Notes: generated from the letters alone by a model not told the origin. Positions 39,031 to 54,209 are shown, counted from the stretch's first letter. The stretch: DNA of 64,000 bases from Leptogorgia sarmentosa (GCA_964658305.1 OZ210885.1:10912001-10976000); one strand, 5' to 3'. Made by a program: numbers and translations.

Positions 39031-42000
39031 GCAAAGATAAATCTGGTTGCGCAATAGTCTGAAACACGTGGAAAACATGCAATATCGGGTATTCGTATAT
39101 TTTTCGTTTTTATATAAAAACACGGCCGGTTCTCGAAGACTTTTTTACCTATAGCATTGTAAAAAGGTAGAAACAATAATTTTCTACGGCGATTTCATTG
39201 ATACTACTGTAGAACTGAAGATCAGTGTTTGCACAGTTATGATTGGACTAAAGGTTGAAAATATGCATCTAATTAGTATTCCGGGTCACATTTTTCTGCC
39301 ATGTATATTTTAATGGCCTCAAGACAATACATTTTCCTTGTCCCCGAGCCACGGCGCGAAGCGCCGTCCGGGCGTTAGCCCGGGGCGAGGGTAATAATTC
39401 TGCATGGCGGATCCAAAGTTGCTCGATTTGGCCGCCATTTTGGGTCAAGGTGTAAGAGCAAAATGTGTAAGGGTGGTCATCACTGATCTCAAAATTATGG
39501 TGGACTATCATGAAGAGCCAAAGCTTTTTAGAGCTTTTTGGTCCTTTGGAAAGGCGAAAACAAAGACAAGATCTACGCTGTAAGACTTGAAAAGCCTTCT
39601 CAGAAGATATAAAACGCTGAGAAAAGGGAACAAGCGACTACGGATTGAAACACAAGATAAGTTCGTCAATATCTTGTCAGCAGTGAACTTTTGTTTTGCG
39701 TATTTACTATATATACAGTCTACTGTTTGTATGAAAGGTCGCCGTAGCCGCATTCAATCTATTCACGGCTCAATTCCAGAGCATCAGTTTATCATTTTAA
39801 AGGCAAGACTTCGCAAAATATTTTCAAACTTTTCCCGAAAAGAACACGAGCGAACATTGGCTGGAAATTATTTCATGTCAAAGACTGACTTAATTAAACC
39901 GTTTTATGCAAATAAATGTAGTATTTCGCACCAAATTCAAATTTATATTACTCCTAATAACGTACGGTTAACAAATGGATCTCCAAATTAAAAAAAAGCC
40001 AATAAAACAAAGATAAAAGCTGATATTTTGATTGTTTTCAGAAAAATACAGAAATATGAATTTCCGATCGTGTTGCCATGACAACAACCTCAGGCGGCCT
40101 TCGAAGTACTTCATGTTCCAAAAATATAGTTGCATTAATTGGTCAGTAAGGCGAGAGGTTGCTGCATATATGTATTTCTAGTATTACATTGTATATGAAC
40201 ATTGCTTAGATATATAAAGTTTTTTAAGCTGAACAAAAAGAGTGTATTTTGACCTTATTGGGTGCGTAAAACCAGAGATACGGCCAATTATAGTTATGCG
40301 ACATATCACAATATTAATATGATGTTGGAGAGAGGGGATTATAATTATTAAAGAGAAACTTGTAAATGTATATGTAAAACCTCTCAGAACGCGGGAAATA
40401 TGCGTGCGTTAGATTAAACATTTTCGAATCAGCTCACGGTTTACCAACTAACATATAGCCTTAACATGATTAGTTGTCATTAAAGTATGCAATATCATCT
40501 GTAATTTGAGAGAAACACAACCCATGAAGATTTATTATTTACTTGGTACTGTAGAAAAGGGGTCAACTATGATAAAACAAAACTATAATACCTTTTACCA
40601 GCAAGGAAACGATAGTCAATATGACGAAATAGAGATATTTGTTAGGCATCTTCTTTGCTTACCAACAAACGAAAGACGAAATGAAACGTGGCATTAAGTG
40701 GGTGGTAAAAATGGCTTCTTAAGTGCTTAATCCTTTCAATATAATTGGCCTTTTTTGGATACTAATTATAAGCCAGAGGAGAAATGTTATGATCATAATA
40801 TATCAATTAACCTGCGTTTGTATTGAGTTTCATAATGCACTGGTTTCACTTTTGATATCTAGAATATCAGTCTAGCCACAGGCGCTACAGTATGAAAGCA
40901 ACTATAAAGGTAACAGGAACGCGACTGAGCGAAGTGGATCTTTCAGTGAAAATGAGAAAATTTTTAATCAGCATTTATGAATAATTCGCCAAACACTCAA
41001 AGACAAATAAGGGAAAACAAAGAACTCTGTTAAAGTTTGTCCAAACGAAATATGCGTCTCAAGTGTAAGTTAATGACAAATAAAGACAAAGATAAAAAGG
41101 TCAAGTTATTCTTTGCTTTCGAACATTCATATTAAAGCTCATTCATAATAAACTACATATTCGAAATATCTATCTACTCAGGTAAACTTTGTGACATATA
41201 GACATTTAAAGTTTGCCAATTTTCTATTATTGTTGCATTACGCATGCAAAAGTGATAATCAGATCTCCAATAATTTCAACTTCACTTCAGAGAAGATCGC
41301 CCCTCCATCGGAAAAAATTCTAACATCGAATCTCTGTTGCATTCGCATCGCTTCGAATATAACTATTATAACGAAATATGAAAATTGGCGCATTTAAATT
41401 GAAACCTCTTCAAAAACAATGTGGGTGCGGTTGTTCTCGAACGCAATTAATTAAATTGGTCGCTAAAAAATGACAAAGAATTTAGTATGACCAGAATGCA
41501 AATGCGGTATTTAACGTAAACATTGCCATTTAAGACAAAGCGTTCTTTTAAAGTAAACATTGCCATTTAAGACAAAGCGTTCTTTTAAAAACATTTCATT
41601 TGATGTTATCTTATAGCAACTTAGCTTTTCTTAGGTGCCAATGCTGAAGTACAGAGACAGAAACTTCGTGATTGAATTAGCAAAGTGTTCGTAATATAAC
41701 AGCAAATTTGAGTACTCGTTCGTTTGGAGAATATTTTTCATGACTGATACACAATCTATACTTTTGAGCCTGAACTACATAAGAGGATAAACATGGACTC
41801 AGAGCTAAAGTGTTCGATTGTAGATCGCTAATCAGTGGTTCAGATCAGCCCTGAAAATGTTATCACAAAATTTGATATCAGTCAAGATCATCGTAATGTT
41901 CAGGTGCATGGATTAGGACATTCAGCATTATAGTTGGGTTAATTGCTAAGTTCTGGCGCACAAATTGATCCGGAACCAAAACGACAAAAAAAAACATTTG

Positions 42001-42712
42001 CTCTCCTCTCTCTCTCTCTCTCTGGTGCGACTTCCATAATCTCTCACAATGAGTAGCGCAAGGTTTTCTTGCCATAAAATACGCTATTTCTCCCTTGTCA
42101 TTACACGATCATTTCACTTTCCACGTACGCTTCGACAATCTTATAATAATGATAATAATAATTGCAATTTTAAATTGCCCAATGTGGACGTAGATGTTCT
42201 CGAACAGTCATCGATTATAATTGTCACTAAAATGACAAAGAATTTACTGTGAAGAGATGCAAATACTGTTTCTAATGTAAACATTGCCCTTTAAAACCAA
42301 GAGTTCTTTCAAAATATTTCATTTTATTTCGCCATCGTCTGTTAAAACTGTTTTATGATGGTCTGCTCTTTGTGTCTGTATAACTTTGGACAGGTACTCA
42401 GCAGTTTCACGTCCATTAAAAAACTATAAATGCAGGAAAAAAATGTTAAAGTGGAACTTGCCAAATAAAGCTTGTTGATGCAAATGAGGCTAGACAAAAC
42501 GAATTTAGTATGCTGTTCGTCAGAAGTGAATTTAAACTTGTAGTGAATTTATAACCCGAGATTAACAACAGAAGAGTGATTTCTATAAAGAAAACTTTCT
42601 TGGAACCGGCACCCTATACAAGTCAGAGTCGATTCTAATTCGCACACATAATCAATGTCTGATGCATGGTAAATACATGCTGCTCCTTGCTCCCACGCAA
42701 CTCGTGACATAT

Positions 42713-43245
42713 ATATATATAGGATATTACACGGTTGCGAGAAGATATGGATTTTATGTTCGAGTGGCAAGAACAATATCTCACGAGTGAGCGCAGCGAA
42801 CGAGTGAGATATTGTTCTTGCAACGAGAACATAAAATCCATATCTTCGAGCGAACCGTGTAATGTTCTGTTTATTATATGGACTTATTCAGAGTGACACA
42901 AATACACAACAACTACTCTTTTAATGAAAACATGCAGTCTAAAACACGACAATTAATGGCTTTAAAATTAGCCTTTACTAAATATAGATTATAAAATACC
43001 GCATTATTGTAGTTTATTGTAGTATTGTAGCTTTATTGTTCTTCGCAAAACGTACTAATATCGTCTTGGCTTAAATTCACAAACCTTGAAGTAGAAGCCA
43101 TTTGTAAACAGCGAAAAAGGCGGGAAGGTTATGTCACCCCTAAGCGTGACATACGGAAAATACGCGCACCGTATCCCGGATGTAGTGGCGTATGAGTTCT
43201 ACGAGTGTTTTAGTTCCCAATAAAATACCGCTGTCCATATAATAA
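42713..43245. mobile_element. Hairpin-ended (Crypton-like) element inserted in tandem unit 1
   Basis: Absent from units 2 and 3; palindrome 42722-42867; TTATTATATGGAC/GTCCATATAATAA inverted pair. Confidence 0.85.
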
Positions 43246-46200
43246 GACTAAGTTATATTATTCTTCGACCCAGCACCATTCAAGTGAAACCCACAAACGC
43301 AAAAGCTGGAGCGTTCTCAATATGTGACGACATTTATTTACGTCGTAGAAGTTCAATACAGAAGCTTTTAACATCTTTGCGAATTCAACATTCGGTGAGT
43401 ACTATAAAAATTTTTGAAACTATTTCCAGTTTGTACAATAACGTTAGGAATTGCAATATTACAAATTTCCTTTCAAAGCACAATATCCATCTGATGACGT
43501 TGCAACACAATGACAAACAAACATGTCTTTACGCTTCTACCATTCGTGTAATATCGTCTCAGGTTATGTGAGGGTGTTCTATGTCGCTCTTCACTTTTAA
43601 TTATCTGTGATCTCGTGAGCCTTGTATTGCACATAAACTCCACAAATCACCACTTAGTTTATCTAAGATATTTGTCATGCAAGAGCACTTGTTTGTAAAT
43701 TGAACTTAATTTATTCAGACAAGATACTGATAAAACTAGACAAGATTTGGATCTTTTAATAAAAGCTGAGGTCATGAATCATTATTTATTAAATGCTTTA
43801 AAGCTTTTCATTACGATCTGTACTGATTCTTGGGTGGTTATATCATCGTGAACATACATATGACTGGTGCGTGTTCAATCGTTGACATGTCATGCATACA
43901 GCGCTACTTGGCACGATTTGTTGAAAATCCTAAATTGAATTGAGCATTGCCAAACAAAGCAGCCTCCATCCTCACTTCGGGCTTATTCAATACAGACTTG
44001 AGCATGCAATAACCAGGGACCAAACAAAGAAATTATTATATTAAAGAGAACCTTGTAAATGTATATGTAAAACCTCTCAGAACGCGGGAAATATGCGTGC
44101 GTTAGATTAAACATTTTCAGCTCGCGGTTTACCAACTAACATATAAATATAGCCTAAACATGATTAGTTGTCCTTAAAGTCTGCAATATTATCTGTAATT
44201 TGAGAGAAACACAACCCATGAAGATTTATTATTTACCTGGTAGCGTAGAAAAGGGGGTCAACTACGATAAAACAAAACTATAATACCTTTTAGAGCAAGG
44301 AAACGATAGTCAATGTGACGAAATAAAGATATTTGTTAGGCATCTTCTTTGCTTACCAACAAACGAAAGACGAAATGAAACGTGGCATTAAGTGGGTGGT
44401 GAAAATATCTTCTGAAGTGCTTAATTCTTTCAATATAATTGGGCTTTTTCGGATACAATCACTAATATGAGCCAGAGGAGAAATGTTATGATCATAATAT
44501 ATCAATTAACCTGCGTTTGTACTATGACTGCATGGCACATCATTCTACAGATGGCTATAACAATTACTATTTTGCAGTAGTTTAATTGCTAAATATTTTT
44601 TGTGCATAATGAAGGCCAACCTTTACGTTCGTCTTACAACTCAAGTTGTTCGATTGTCCAAACGAATTATGCGTATCAAGTATAAGTTAATAACAAATAA
44701 AGACAAAGATAAAAAGGTCAAGTTATTTTTTGCTTTCGAACATTCATATTAAAACTCATTCATAATAAACTAGATATTCGAAATATCTATCTACTCAGGT
44801 AAACTTCGTGACATAAAGACATTTAAAGTTTGCGAATTTTCTATTATTGTTGGATTACGCATGCAAAAGTGATCATCAGATCTCCAATAATTTCAACCTC
44901 ACTTCAGAGAAGATCGCCCCTCCATCGGAAAAAATTCTAACATCGAATCTCTGTTGCATTCGCATCGCTTGGAATATAACTATTATAACGAAATATGAAA
45001 ATTGGCGCATTTAAATTGAAACCTCTTCAAAAACAATGTGGGTGCGGTTGTTCTCGAACGCAATTAATTAAATTGGTCGCTAAAAAATGACAAAGAATTT
45101 AGTATGACCAGAATGCAAATGCGGTATTCAACGTAAACATTGCCATTTAAGACAAAGCGTTCTTTTAAAAACATTTCATTTGATGTTATCTTATAGCAAC
45201 TCAGCTTTTCTTATGTGCCAATGCTGAAGTACAGAGACAGAAACTTTGTGATTGAATTAGCAAAGTGTTCGTAATATAACAGCAAATTTGAGTACTCGTT
45301 CGTTTGGAGAATATTTTTCATGACTGATACACATTCTATACTTTTGAGCCTGAACTACATAAGAGGATAAACATGGACTCAGAGCTAAAGTGTTCGACTG
45401 TAGATCGCTAATCAGTGGTTCAGATCAGCCCTGAAAATGTTATCACAAAATTTGATATCAGTCAAGATCATCGTAATGTTCAGGTGCATGGATTAGGACT
45501 TTCATCATCATTAGTTGGGTTAATTGCTAAGTTCTGACGCACAAATTGATCCGGAACCAAAACGACAAAAAACAACATTTGCTCTCCTCTCTCTCTCTCT
45601 CTCTCTGGTGTGACTTCCATAATCTCTCACAATGAGTAGCGCAAGGTTCTCTTGCCATAAAATACGCTATTTCTCCCTTGTCATTATACGATCATTTCAC
45701 TTTCCACGTACGCTTCGAAAATCTTATAATAATGATAATAATAATTGCAATTTTAAATGGCCCAATGTGGACGTAGATGTTCTCGAACAGTCATCGATTA
45801 TATTTGTCACTAAAAATGACAAAGAATTTACTGTGAAGAGAATGCAAATACTGTTTCTAATGTAAACATTGCCCTTTAAAACAAAGAGTTCTTTCAAAAT
45901 ATTTCATTTTATTTCGCCATCGTCTGTTAAAACTGTTTTATGATGCTCTGCTCTTTGTATCTGTATAACTTTGGACAGGTACTCAGCAGTTTCACGTCCA
46001 TTAAAAAACTATAAATGCAGGAAAAAAATGTTAAAATGGAACTTAAGCCAAATAAAGCTTGTTGATGCAAATGAGGCTAGACAAAACGAATTTAGTATGC
46101 TGTTCGTCAGAAGTGAATTTAAACTTGTAGTGAATTTATAACCCGAGATTAACAACAGAGTGATTTCTATAAAGAAAACTTTTTTGGAACCGGCACCCTA

Positions 46201-49200
46201 TACAAGTCAGAGTCGATTCTAATTCGCACACATAATCAATGTCTGATGCATGGTAAATACATGCTGCTCCTTGCTCCCACGCAACTCGTGAAATATGACT
46301 AAGTTATATTATTCTTCGACCCAGCACCATTCAAGTGAAACCCACAAACGCAAAAGCTGGAGCGTTCTCAATATGCGACGACATTTATTTACGTCGTAGA
46401 AGTTTAATACAGAAGCTTTTATCATCTTTGCGAATTCAACATTCGGTGAGTACTATAAAAATTTTTCAAACTATTTCCAGCTTGCACAATAACGTTAGGA
46501 AATGCAATATTACAAAATTCCTTTCAAAGCACAATATCTATCTGATGACGTTGCAACACAATGACAAACAAACATGCCTTTACGCTTCTACCATTCGTGT
46601 AATATCGTTTCAGGTTATGTGAGGGTGTTCTATGTCGCTCTTACTTTAATTATCTGTGATCTCGTGAGCATTGTATTGCACATAAACTCCTCATATCACC
46701 ACTTAGTTTATCTAAGATATTTGTCATGCAAGAGCGCTTGTTTGTAAATTAAACTTAATTTATTCAGACAAGATACTGATGAAACTAGACAAGATTTGGA
46801 TCTTTTAATAAAAGCTGAGATCATGAATCAGTATTTAATAAATGCTTTAAAGCTTTTCATTGCGATCTGTACTGATTCTTGGGTGGTTAATCATCGTGAA
46901 CATACATATGACTGGTGCGTATTCAATCGCTGACATGTCATGCATACAGCGCTACTTAATTGGGACGATTTGTTGAAAATCCTAAAATGAATTGAGCATT
47001 GCCAAATAAAGCAGCCTCCATCCTCTCTTCGGGCTTATTCAATACAGACTTTAGCATGCAATAACCAGGGACGAAACAAAGAAATTATTATATTAAAGAG
47101 AACCTTGTAAATGTATATGTAAAACCTCTCAGAACGCAGGAAATATGCGTGCGTTAGATTAAACATTTTCAGCTCGCGGTTTACCAACTAAAAAAACATA
47201 TAAATATAGCCTTAACATGATTAGTTGTCCTTAAAGTCTGCATATTATCTGCAATTTAAGAGAAACGCAACCCATGAAGATTTATTATTTACCTGGTAGC
47301 GTAGAAAAGGGGTCAACTATGATAAAACAAAACTATAATACCTTTTAGAGCAAGGAAACGATAGTCAATGTGACGAAATAAAGATATTTGTTAGGCATCT
47401 TCTTTGCTTACCAACAAACGAAAGACGAAATGAAACGTGGCATTAAGTGGGTGGTAAAAATAGCTTCTGAAGTGCTTAATTCTCTCAATATAATTGGCCT
47501 TTTTTGGATACAATCACTAATATGAGCCAGAGGAGAAATGTTATGATCATAATATATCAATTAACCTGCGTTTGTACTCTGACTGCATGGCACATCATTC
47601 TACAGATGGCTATAACAATTACTATTTTGCAGTAGATTAATTGCTAAATAATTTTTTGTGTATAATGCAGGCCAGCCTTTACGTTTGTCTTACGACTCAA
47701 GTTGTTCGATTGTCCAAACGAATTATATGCGTATCAAGTGTAAGTTAATAATAAATAAAGACAAAGATAAAAAGGTCAAGTTATTTTTTGCCGTCGAACA
47801 TTCATATTAAAACTCATTCATAATAAACTAGATATTCGAAATATCTATCTACTCAGGTAAACTTCGTGACATAAAGACATTTAAAGTTTGCGAATTTTCC
47901 ATTATTGTTGCATTACGGATGCAAAAGTGATAATCAGATCTCCAATAATTTCAACCTCACTTTAGAGAAGATCGCCCCTCCATCGGAAAAAATGCTAACA
48001 TCGAATCTCTGTTGCATTCGCATCGCTTCGAATATAACTATTATAACGAAATATGAAAATTGGCGCATTTAAATTGAAACCTCTTCAAAAACAATGTGGG
48101 TGCGGTTGTTCTCGAACGTAATTAATTAAATTGGTCGCTAAAAAATGACAAAGAATTTAGTATGACCAGAATGCAAATGCGGTATTTAACGTAAACATTG
48201 CCATTTAAGACAAAGCGTTCTTTTAAAAACATTTCATTTGATGTTATCTTATAGCAACTTAGCTTTTCTTAGGTGTCAATGCTGAAGTACAGAGACAGAA
48301 ACTTTGTGATTGAATTAGCAAAGTGTTCGTAATATAACAGCAAATTTGAGTACTCGTTCGTTTGGAGAATACTTTTCATGACTGATGCACAATCTATACT
48401 TTTGAGCCTGAACTACATAAGAGAATAAACATGGACTCAGAGCTAAAGTGTTCGACTGTAGATCGCTAATCGGTGGTTCAGATCGGCCCTGAAAATGTTA
48501 TCACAAAATTTGATATCAGTCAAGATCATCGTAATGTTCAGGTGCATGGATTAGGACATTCAGCATTATAGTTGGGTTAATTGCTAAGTTCTGACGCACA
48601 AATTGATCCGGAACCAAAACGACAAAAAAACATTTGCTCTCCTCTGACTCTCTCTCTCTCTCTCTGGTGTGACTTCCATAATCTCTCACAATGAGTAGCG
48701 CAAGGTTTTTTTGCCATGAAATACGCTATTCCTCCCTTGTCATTATACGATCATTTCACTTTCCACGTACGCTTCGAAAATCTTATAATAATGATAATAA
48801 TAATTGCAATTTTAAATTGCCCAATGTGGACGTAGATGTTCTCGAACAGTCATCGATTATATTTGTCACTAAAAATGACAAAGAATTTACTGTGAAGAGA
48901 ATGCAAATACTGTTTCTAATGTAAACATTGCCCTTTAAAACAAAGAGTTCTTTCAAAATATTTCATTTTATTTCGCCATCGTCTGTTAAAACTGTTTTAT
49001 GATGGTCTGCTCTTTGTGTCTGTATCCAACCTTTGTTGTATAACTTTGGACAGGTACTCAGCAGTTTCACGTCCATTGAAAAACTATAAATGCAGGAAAA
49101 AATTGTTAAAGTGGAACTTGCCAAATAAAGCTTGTTGATGCAAAAGAGGCTAGACAAAATGAATTTAGTAGGCTGTTCGTCAGAAGTGAATTTAAACTTA

Positions 49201-49388
49201 TAGTGAATTTATAACCCGAGATTAACAACAAAAGAGTGATTTCTATAAAGAAAACTTTTTTGGAACCGGCACCCAATACAAGTCTGAGTCGATTCTAATT
49301 CGCACTCATATTCAATGTCTGATGCATGGTAAATACATGCTGCTCCTTGCTCCCACGCAATTCGTGACATATGACTAAGTTATATTAT

Positions 49389-49830
49389 TATACATTTAAT
49401 ATTTATTCTCGTTCCTGATTGGTCAGAAAGCACCGGCTAATTCTCAGTATTCGGCATTTCGATGACGTCATCAGCGTCCAATAATTATTTTTTTGGATCG
49501 AACTTGCATCCAAAAAAAAAATTATTGGACTCTCTCGTGCCCAAGCCCTAGCGCTTTCAAAAGCTTGAAGCTAAAAGCGCGCGAAAAAAACAAACAAACA
49601 ATGGCCAGCAGCAGATTTTGCTTCGCTGAATGAAAGTGAACTCTCCAAATTACCGTGTCTTTTAAATGTATAATAAAACAATTATTGGATTCGGCTTTCG
49701 CATGATATCAAGAATTATTCAGACCTCGGTCAATGTTATCCGCCTCAGCTTCGCTTCGGCAGATAACATTGACCTCGGTCTGAATAATTCTTGATATCAT
49801 GCTCAGCCTCATCCAATAATTGTTTATTAT
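49389..49830. mobile_element. Hairpin-ended (Crypton-like) element inserted in tandem unit 3
   Basis: Absent from units 1 and 2; TATTAT direct repeat at both ends; palindrome ~49676-49824. Confidence 0.85.
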
Positions 49831-52800
49831 TCTTCGACCCAGCACCATTCAAGTTGAAACCCACAAACACAATTGCTGGAACGTTCTCGATATGTGACGA
49901 CATGTATTTTAGTCGTAAAAGTTTAATACAGAAGCTTTTGTCCTTTTAACATCTTTGCGAATTTAACATTTGGTGAGTACTATAAAAAGTTTTGAAACTA
50001 TTTCCAGTTTGCACAACAACGTAACAAAATCCCATATAGCAAATTCCCTTTCAAAGCACAATATCCATCTGATGACGTCGCAACACAATGACAAACAAAC
50101 ATGCCTTTACGCTTCTACCATTAGTGTAATATCGTTTCAGGTTATGTGAGGGTGTTCTATGTCGCTCTTACTTTTAATTATCTGTGATCTCGTGAGCCTT
50201 GTATTGCACATAAACTGCTCATATCACCACTTAGTTTATCTAAGATATTTGTCATGCAAGAGCGCTTGTACATGTTTGTAAATTAAACTTGATTTATTCA
50301 GACAAGATACTGATAAAACTAGACAAGATTTGGATCTTTTAATAAAAGCTGGGGTCATAAATCATTATTTATTAAATGCTTTAAAGCTTTTCATTACTAT
50401 CTGTACTGATTCTTGGGTGGTTATACCATCGTGAACATACATGTGACTGATGCGTGTTCAATCGCTGACATGTCATGCATACAGCGCTACTTGGCACGAT
50501 TTGTTGAAAATCCTAAATTGAATTGAGCATTGCCAAACAAAGCAGGCTCCATCCTCACTTCGGGCTTATTCAATACAGACTTGAGCATGCAATAACCAGG
50601 GACCAAACAACAGGTGGACCTTTATTGCTCTCAGGTTTTCAGCGATATAACTGCAACTTAGGAACGCTCAGTCTGTAGCGCTGTTAGAAAATTTACTGTT
50701 CTTGACTAATTAGGTTGTGACTTGTGACGAAGTCTTCAAAGCAAACTAAGGAAAGCAAACTTCAATACTAGCAGTGTTTGCCTCACGCAAGTTTGTTTAC
50801 AAGTTTCATAAAAAAACTATAGTATATGATTGGCAACATTTCAGTATCGGTAAAAGTAGATAGATTGCGTCTAACATAAAACGAAGACTCAGATTAAATT
50901 GACTGACAGCATGCAAGTAAGCGAACTATGGGGTTGTTTAAAGGAATATAAGATATATGTGCTTTAGTTTTAAAATTGTCACGTGTATATCTACCCAACT
51001 CTTTCCGACATGACTTATGTTTGAAAATCACGGTAACATCTACTACATTGTGATGGGTATTTAACTGCCAAAATCTTTGCGAAATTTAATATACGAACTG
51101 TCTTTAATTTTTCATTCATATGATAATTATATTTCCTAAGAAGAGGGAAAATAAAACCGAATGATTTTAAATTCATGACGGATTAAAAATAAGTTGAGTT
51201 GCATTGTGCCCTGGTGTAAAGTTACGAACTCATCTCAGGCGAAAATCATTTTGATATTTTCCTTCATAGGGTAAACTTGTATTGGTCGTTCAGACGTCTT
51301 ATTATTGTGACAGAAATCATTTCAATGTACTGTTTTGTTGCATGAAACCCAACATGCATTACTTTGCACTTTGCAACAATATTCCCGAAGCTTAAACAGC
51401 AACTTGCTTCAGCTTCAGGTAGTTTATACACAGAATGTCTTGTGGTGAGAAGAATTCATCAAATTTATTGTCACTGAATCATTTTACCGAGTAGTGTGTA
51501 AGGAAATATTCAATATGCGGCGCGCCAGTGCGGGAAGCGGATCACAACAGCAAACTCCAGAAAGGGTTTTGCAATTGCTCACTACCTAAACGATGCAATT
51601 AATAAGTTTCAATATTTGGAGCGAACGCCTTTTGTCGGAGTTCATCGTTTAATTTAGGTATAGTCTGACGAATAATAGCATCAAGAGCACCGGAAAATCC
51701 ACTCACCAAGGATTGTATTTTAGCAAAAGTTCAACTAAGAGCCTTTGTCCCAAAAGTCGAATCTGCGTATTGTTTTAGTATTGATCAACTGTCACCATAG
51801 AAAGCAAGTAATTCATTGCTTCATTGGAATCAGAGTTGAAACATATATAAAATATTCCGCTACATGCAAACGCATGTTGACATGCAATGTCTCGACCTTA
51901 ACGATCTTGAATGTTTCACAACGACCGTAGTGCAGTTTCATATTGTATTTTAGAAGATTTACCCAAATTTGCATAAACTTTAGCCTGAAATGAGCGCCGA
52001 AAAAAAACAACTGTGCTATCAGTTATATTTATAACCTTTATTTAACCTTTTATTTAAAATAACTTTATCATTGCGGCTCTCTGCTCCCACGTAAAATGTC
52101 ACATATGACTGTCTTGCTGAGTTGGAAACAGAATTGCTCGAACGTTCGCGATATATGACGGCGTTGAGTATTGTGACAGAAAATGAATACAGAATCGCTT
52201 TCTCTTTCAAAAGTCATTTTAACACTCGGTGACTCTACGAAAATGTTTCGAAATTATTTCAAGTTTGCAGAGTAACTTTATAAAATGTCTCATTGCAAAT
52301 TCCTTTCAAAGTACGATATCATGCGTCTGCAACAAAATGCCAAATAAACGTGCACTTGGAGTATGTCTCTCTTACTTTATCTGTGATTTCGTGAACACAT
52401 AAACACCTCACACACCACTTAGTTTATTTAAGCAATTCGTCATGCAAAAGCGTTTGTTTGTATGTTGTAGTGTTGTAGACTTCAATTTTCAATTAAAAAG
52501 CTTTTCATGACTATCTGCAGTGTATTCTTGGGGTTATTATATCATGGAGACGTATGACTCCGGCGAATGTTCAGTCATTGGCATGTCATGCATTAGAAAT
52601 GTACGTCTAATTTTTACTGAAAATCTTAAATTGAACTGAGCTTATTCAGACTTGAACATGCAATGACCAGAGAGCCAAACAACACGCAGACGGACCTTAA
52701 TTGCATTGTAATTTGACAAATTACAGTCTGTATCCCAAATTTCCTGCTCTTAATTTTGATTAGATTTAGACGAGGCCTTTAAATTCATACGAAAGCAAGC

Positions 52801-53623
52801 TTCATTACTGGTAGTGTGTACCATCACAATTGGTTATTCAATTATTGCAAGATTAAGAATATTTGACTGATAGCATGGAAGTACTGTAAATGCTCGCAAT
52901 TTTTATTGCCCAAAAACCTAGAATAGAATATTAATAGAATAGAATAATCAGAATAGAATATTAATTTCCTTCACATCATCGTCACCTTGACAACCGTGTT
53001 GTTAAAAACGCCCCCTGCGTGAGTTCTCTGTTATCCTCGATTAACCGCCGCACTGTAATTGCGAAGGTGCGACGTTTATTAAATTCATTATTCCCTATAT
53101 CTGTAGGCTATGTATAAATATACATATGCGTATTTCCGGATTGACATTATGTGTAAAAAATACAATGTTTTACTTAAATCTAGCATAGACGATTGTCTAT
53201 GATCTAAGTGACTTTAAAGCGATTATTCTATATTATTTAGAGTGACACAGCTTGAATGACACAAATAACGAAAGAAATATATTTGATCGTCGTCAGTTTA
53301 CAACTATGCATAATATGCTCTCGCAATACTGAACAACTGCGAGGCCACGAAGCCGAATATTTGCAGACAGCGTTGAGTGGTCAATACTTTCCACTTGCCT
53401 TACAAATTGAATAAATCTTGCATGTCTGATTTTTCAAAACTGGGTTACTCATACAGTATTTTCAAAGGACATACCAGTCTTTTCAAAGAAACTTCTACTT
53501 TCACAAATTTGTAAAACATTAAAATGTCAGAAAGTAATCATGTCTGCACTGTTTATAAAAGCTTTGTGCTTTGGTAGCTAAAATTGTAACACCATTATTC
53601 TATGTTTACTTCATAGAACGATA

Positions 53624-54209
53624 ATGATATCAGTGGAAGAACAACATTGGGTTTTAGTTGGCATTGCCTTTACCAAAGTTCTTGCACCTGCATTGAGGAA
53701 CGTTGTCGCCACTGAACTTGGGAAGTGGTATCATTCTTTATGCCAACCACCTGATGAAATTCACATGCAAGATTTTGCAGCATACAAAAAGAAGAAATTA
53801 CCCCCTTCCACCCATAACCTACAATATCAAAACATTAACAATAACATTATCCACAAGCCTACTAAATCAGCTTATGATTATGCTGTTAAAGATCCTGTCT
53901 CGTTGGCGAAACTATTCGTCACGGACTTTATGGCACATTTCACTGGATTTGATGAAACCATGGATATGTCAGCACTTTTGACTATTATCGGCAAGGCAGC
54001 TCCTTTTGTATCTTCTGGCGCTGCAGCTGAAGCAAACAAAGTTCGGTCGGACATCAGAAACCCATGGGCTCATTGTAACATCTCTGAATGGACGCTACAT
54101 ATGTTCAATGACTCGTTTCAAGCAATGGAATCTTTGGTCAAAATATTAAATTTACCAGCAGTTGACGAAAAAATAATTTGTGATGAACTAGATTTCTGGA
54201 ATAAAACAG
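53624..54209 (+). CDS. Gene B first coding exon: DZIP3-like HEPN domain
   Basis: ATG at 53624; EEQHWVLVGIAFTKVLAPALR...RSDIRNPWAH; ACA G|GTACTG donor. Confidence 0.8.

Larger units (their letters stand above)
40342..50610 (+). repeat. Tandem triplication of a ~3.05-kb non-coding unit (starts ~40342, ~44031, ~47083)
   Basis: Near-identical blocks; matching short ORFs recur at 42049/45632/48691 and 43284/46335. Confidence 0.95.

Noticed and set aside
42049..48924. Recurring short ORFs (MSSARF..., MKPTNAK...)
   Set aside because: They recur only because of the tandem triplication; indels shift frames between copies and no domain is recognisable
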